DNA of 64,000 bases from Podarcis bocagei. Lineage: Eukaryota. Every line of letters starts with the position of its first letter. Positions within the stretch are counted from its first letter, which is position 1. Location: the NCBI GenBank assembly GCA_964188305.1, contig OZ076892.1, one strand, 5' to 3'. Both the position numbers and the translations under genes were made by a program. Positions 62,557 to 64,000 of the stretch are shown one piece after another. A model generated the notes under the pieces. The model was not told the DNA's origin, did not search any database, and saw only the letters and a list, made by a program, of their open reading frames with translations.

Positions 62557-64000
62557 GTAAGTCTGGAGATTTGAGGGTGGGAAGCGGGGGGGTCTGGCCA
62601 CTGCTGTGATTGACACATACGGATACCCACACCCGCTTGCTTGCTTGCCTGGTTTCCTTCTCTCCAACATTTTGAAAATCAGCGGGCAGCTTTAAAAAAC
62701 AAAACACTCCTGAGTTTCTCTTTTTAAAAACAAACAAACATTCGTTTGTTTGTTTATTTATTTTTAGGGGTTGTTAGTTCCATCCCGCTTTTCAGGTTAT
62801 AACAGCAGCAACAACCCCCGCCCCGCGAAGCTACAGGAAAGGCGAAGGTGGCAAATGAAGGGATGAAGAAGCCAAAACCTTTAGAAACGGAAGGCCTGAG
62901 CAAAACCCAAATATTTTTGCTGTATGTGTGTGTATATAATGTCGACAGGCTTGGAAACCGCAGGCACCCTGGGTCTCCAGCCCCACTGCCTGCCTGCCTG
63001 CCTTGTCCCTTGAAAGCTTTAAAGAGGGCTAGGGCTGTCTCTCTGAGTACCTCAGCAGCTGAGCTCTTCTGTTCAGAAGGTGCCCTTAAGATACGTACTT
63101 TCTATGAGGCGGACTGTTCTATGGTGAAGAGGGCCTCAAGCCCTTTAAGGCAGGCTACGTTAGCCTACTGCCTGCCCTTCAGTTTTGGACTATAACTCTC
63201 ATCATCCTTAGCCAGTACGGTTGTAGTCCAAAACAACTGGAGTATACTAGGTTGGTAAGAGCTTCCATTGTTCTAGGCGCATTTTGTGACAAGGAATTTC
63301 ATTAGTGTGAGCAGTTTCTGAGCTCTGGGCACAGTACTGCACCTAAGATTTCAGATTAAAACTGTGGAGTGGAAGGAAAAAGGACCTTTTTCTGCCTCCC
63401 CACTTCCCGCTACTCTCTGAAGACTGGAGAAGAGACCCTCATAAGAATAGGGGTGTGTGTGTGAGCATAATGAACATAATATTTTAGCTGCAGTTTGTTC
63501 ATTTTCAGCTTTGTAGTGTTATTTTAAAAGTGTGCTGTTGTTGCACCCACAACCTAGGTTTAAGATGCCATTTAGCTCCCAGCTTCATATCTCAGTTTCT
63601 AACACTGGATAAGAGTTGCTTTCATATGACTATGGACACCTGGTCTTACTTTTTGGCAGTCACTGTAGAGTTTTCCCCAGAGAGCTGGGCTGCCATTAAC
63701 CTACTCAGCTGTGGGACAAATTGCTATGTTTTGTGCCAGTGGAAGTGTCCAGACAGTCTATATGGGGTGTGCTTTTCAGTTGTGTTGCTCTACAGTGCCT
63801 TGCTGTAGGATGAGGCTGCATCAAGGTGCCCTTCCTCCTTTTCTGAGGTACCCACAGAATAGCCTTTGGCTCTACTAGGGGCACCATGACGTTCCTTGGA
63901 CACATGCAAAGGAGGTTCATCCACTTATTTGCTTTGCTCAGATTATAGGGAAGTTTGTATTGCTTCTTTTATTGTGTTGCTTAATGTTTGGGATTCAGCT

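Overview
Vertebrate genomic DNA from a squamate reptile, probably a lacertid lizard (inferred from Squam-type tRNA SINEs and L2/CR1/hAT/Tigger repeats). It holds the conserved NFAT5-NQO1-NOB1-WWP2 block. NFAT5 (+) lacks its first exon(s), which lie upstream of the window; 12 coding exons span 8691-41915, followed by a 3'UTR intron and a ~4.1 kb terminal exon ending near AATAAA 46886. NQO1 (-) is complete (6 exons, 275 aa) with a CpG-island promoter in which a perfect ARE sits next to the TATA box. NOB1 (-) is complete (9 exons, 423 aa) and needs one GC-AG intron. A compact divergent promoter (ZNF143/THAP11, ETS, YY1, CLEAR/M-box motifs) leads to a probable non-coding first exon of WWP2 (+). 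Introns carry many short TEs, several with intact TIRs and TSDs, and there is a 132-N assembly gap. I found no convincing wholly new system. The best leads are: Asn at the NQO1 His162-equivalent active-site position, the TATA-adjacent ARE, the NOB1 GC donor, a candidate stop-containing NFAT5 microexon, a chimeric MITE carrying a LINE tail, and a MITE carrying telomeric hexamers. Comparisons with human or Repbase sequences are from memory and need checking by alignment.
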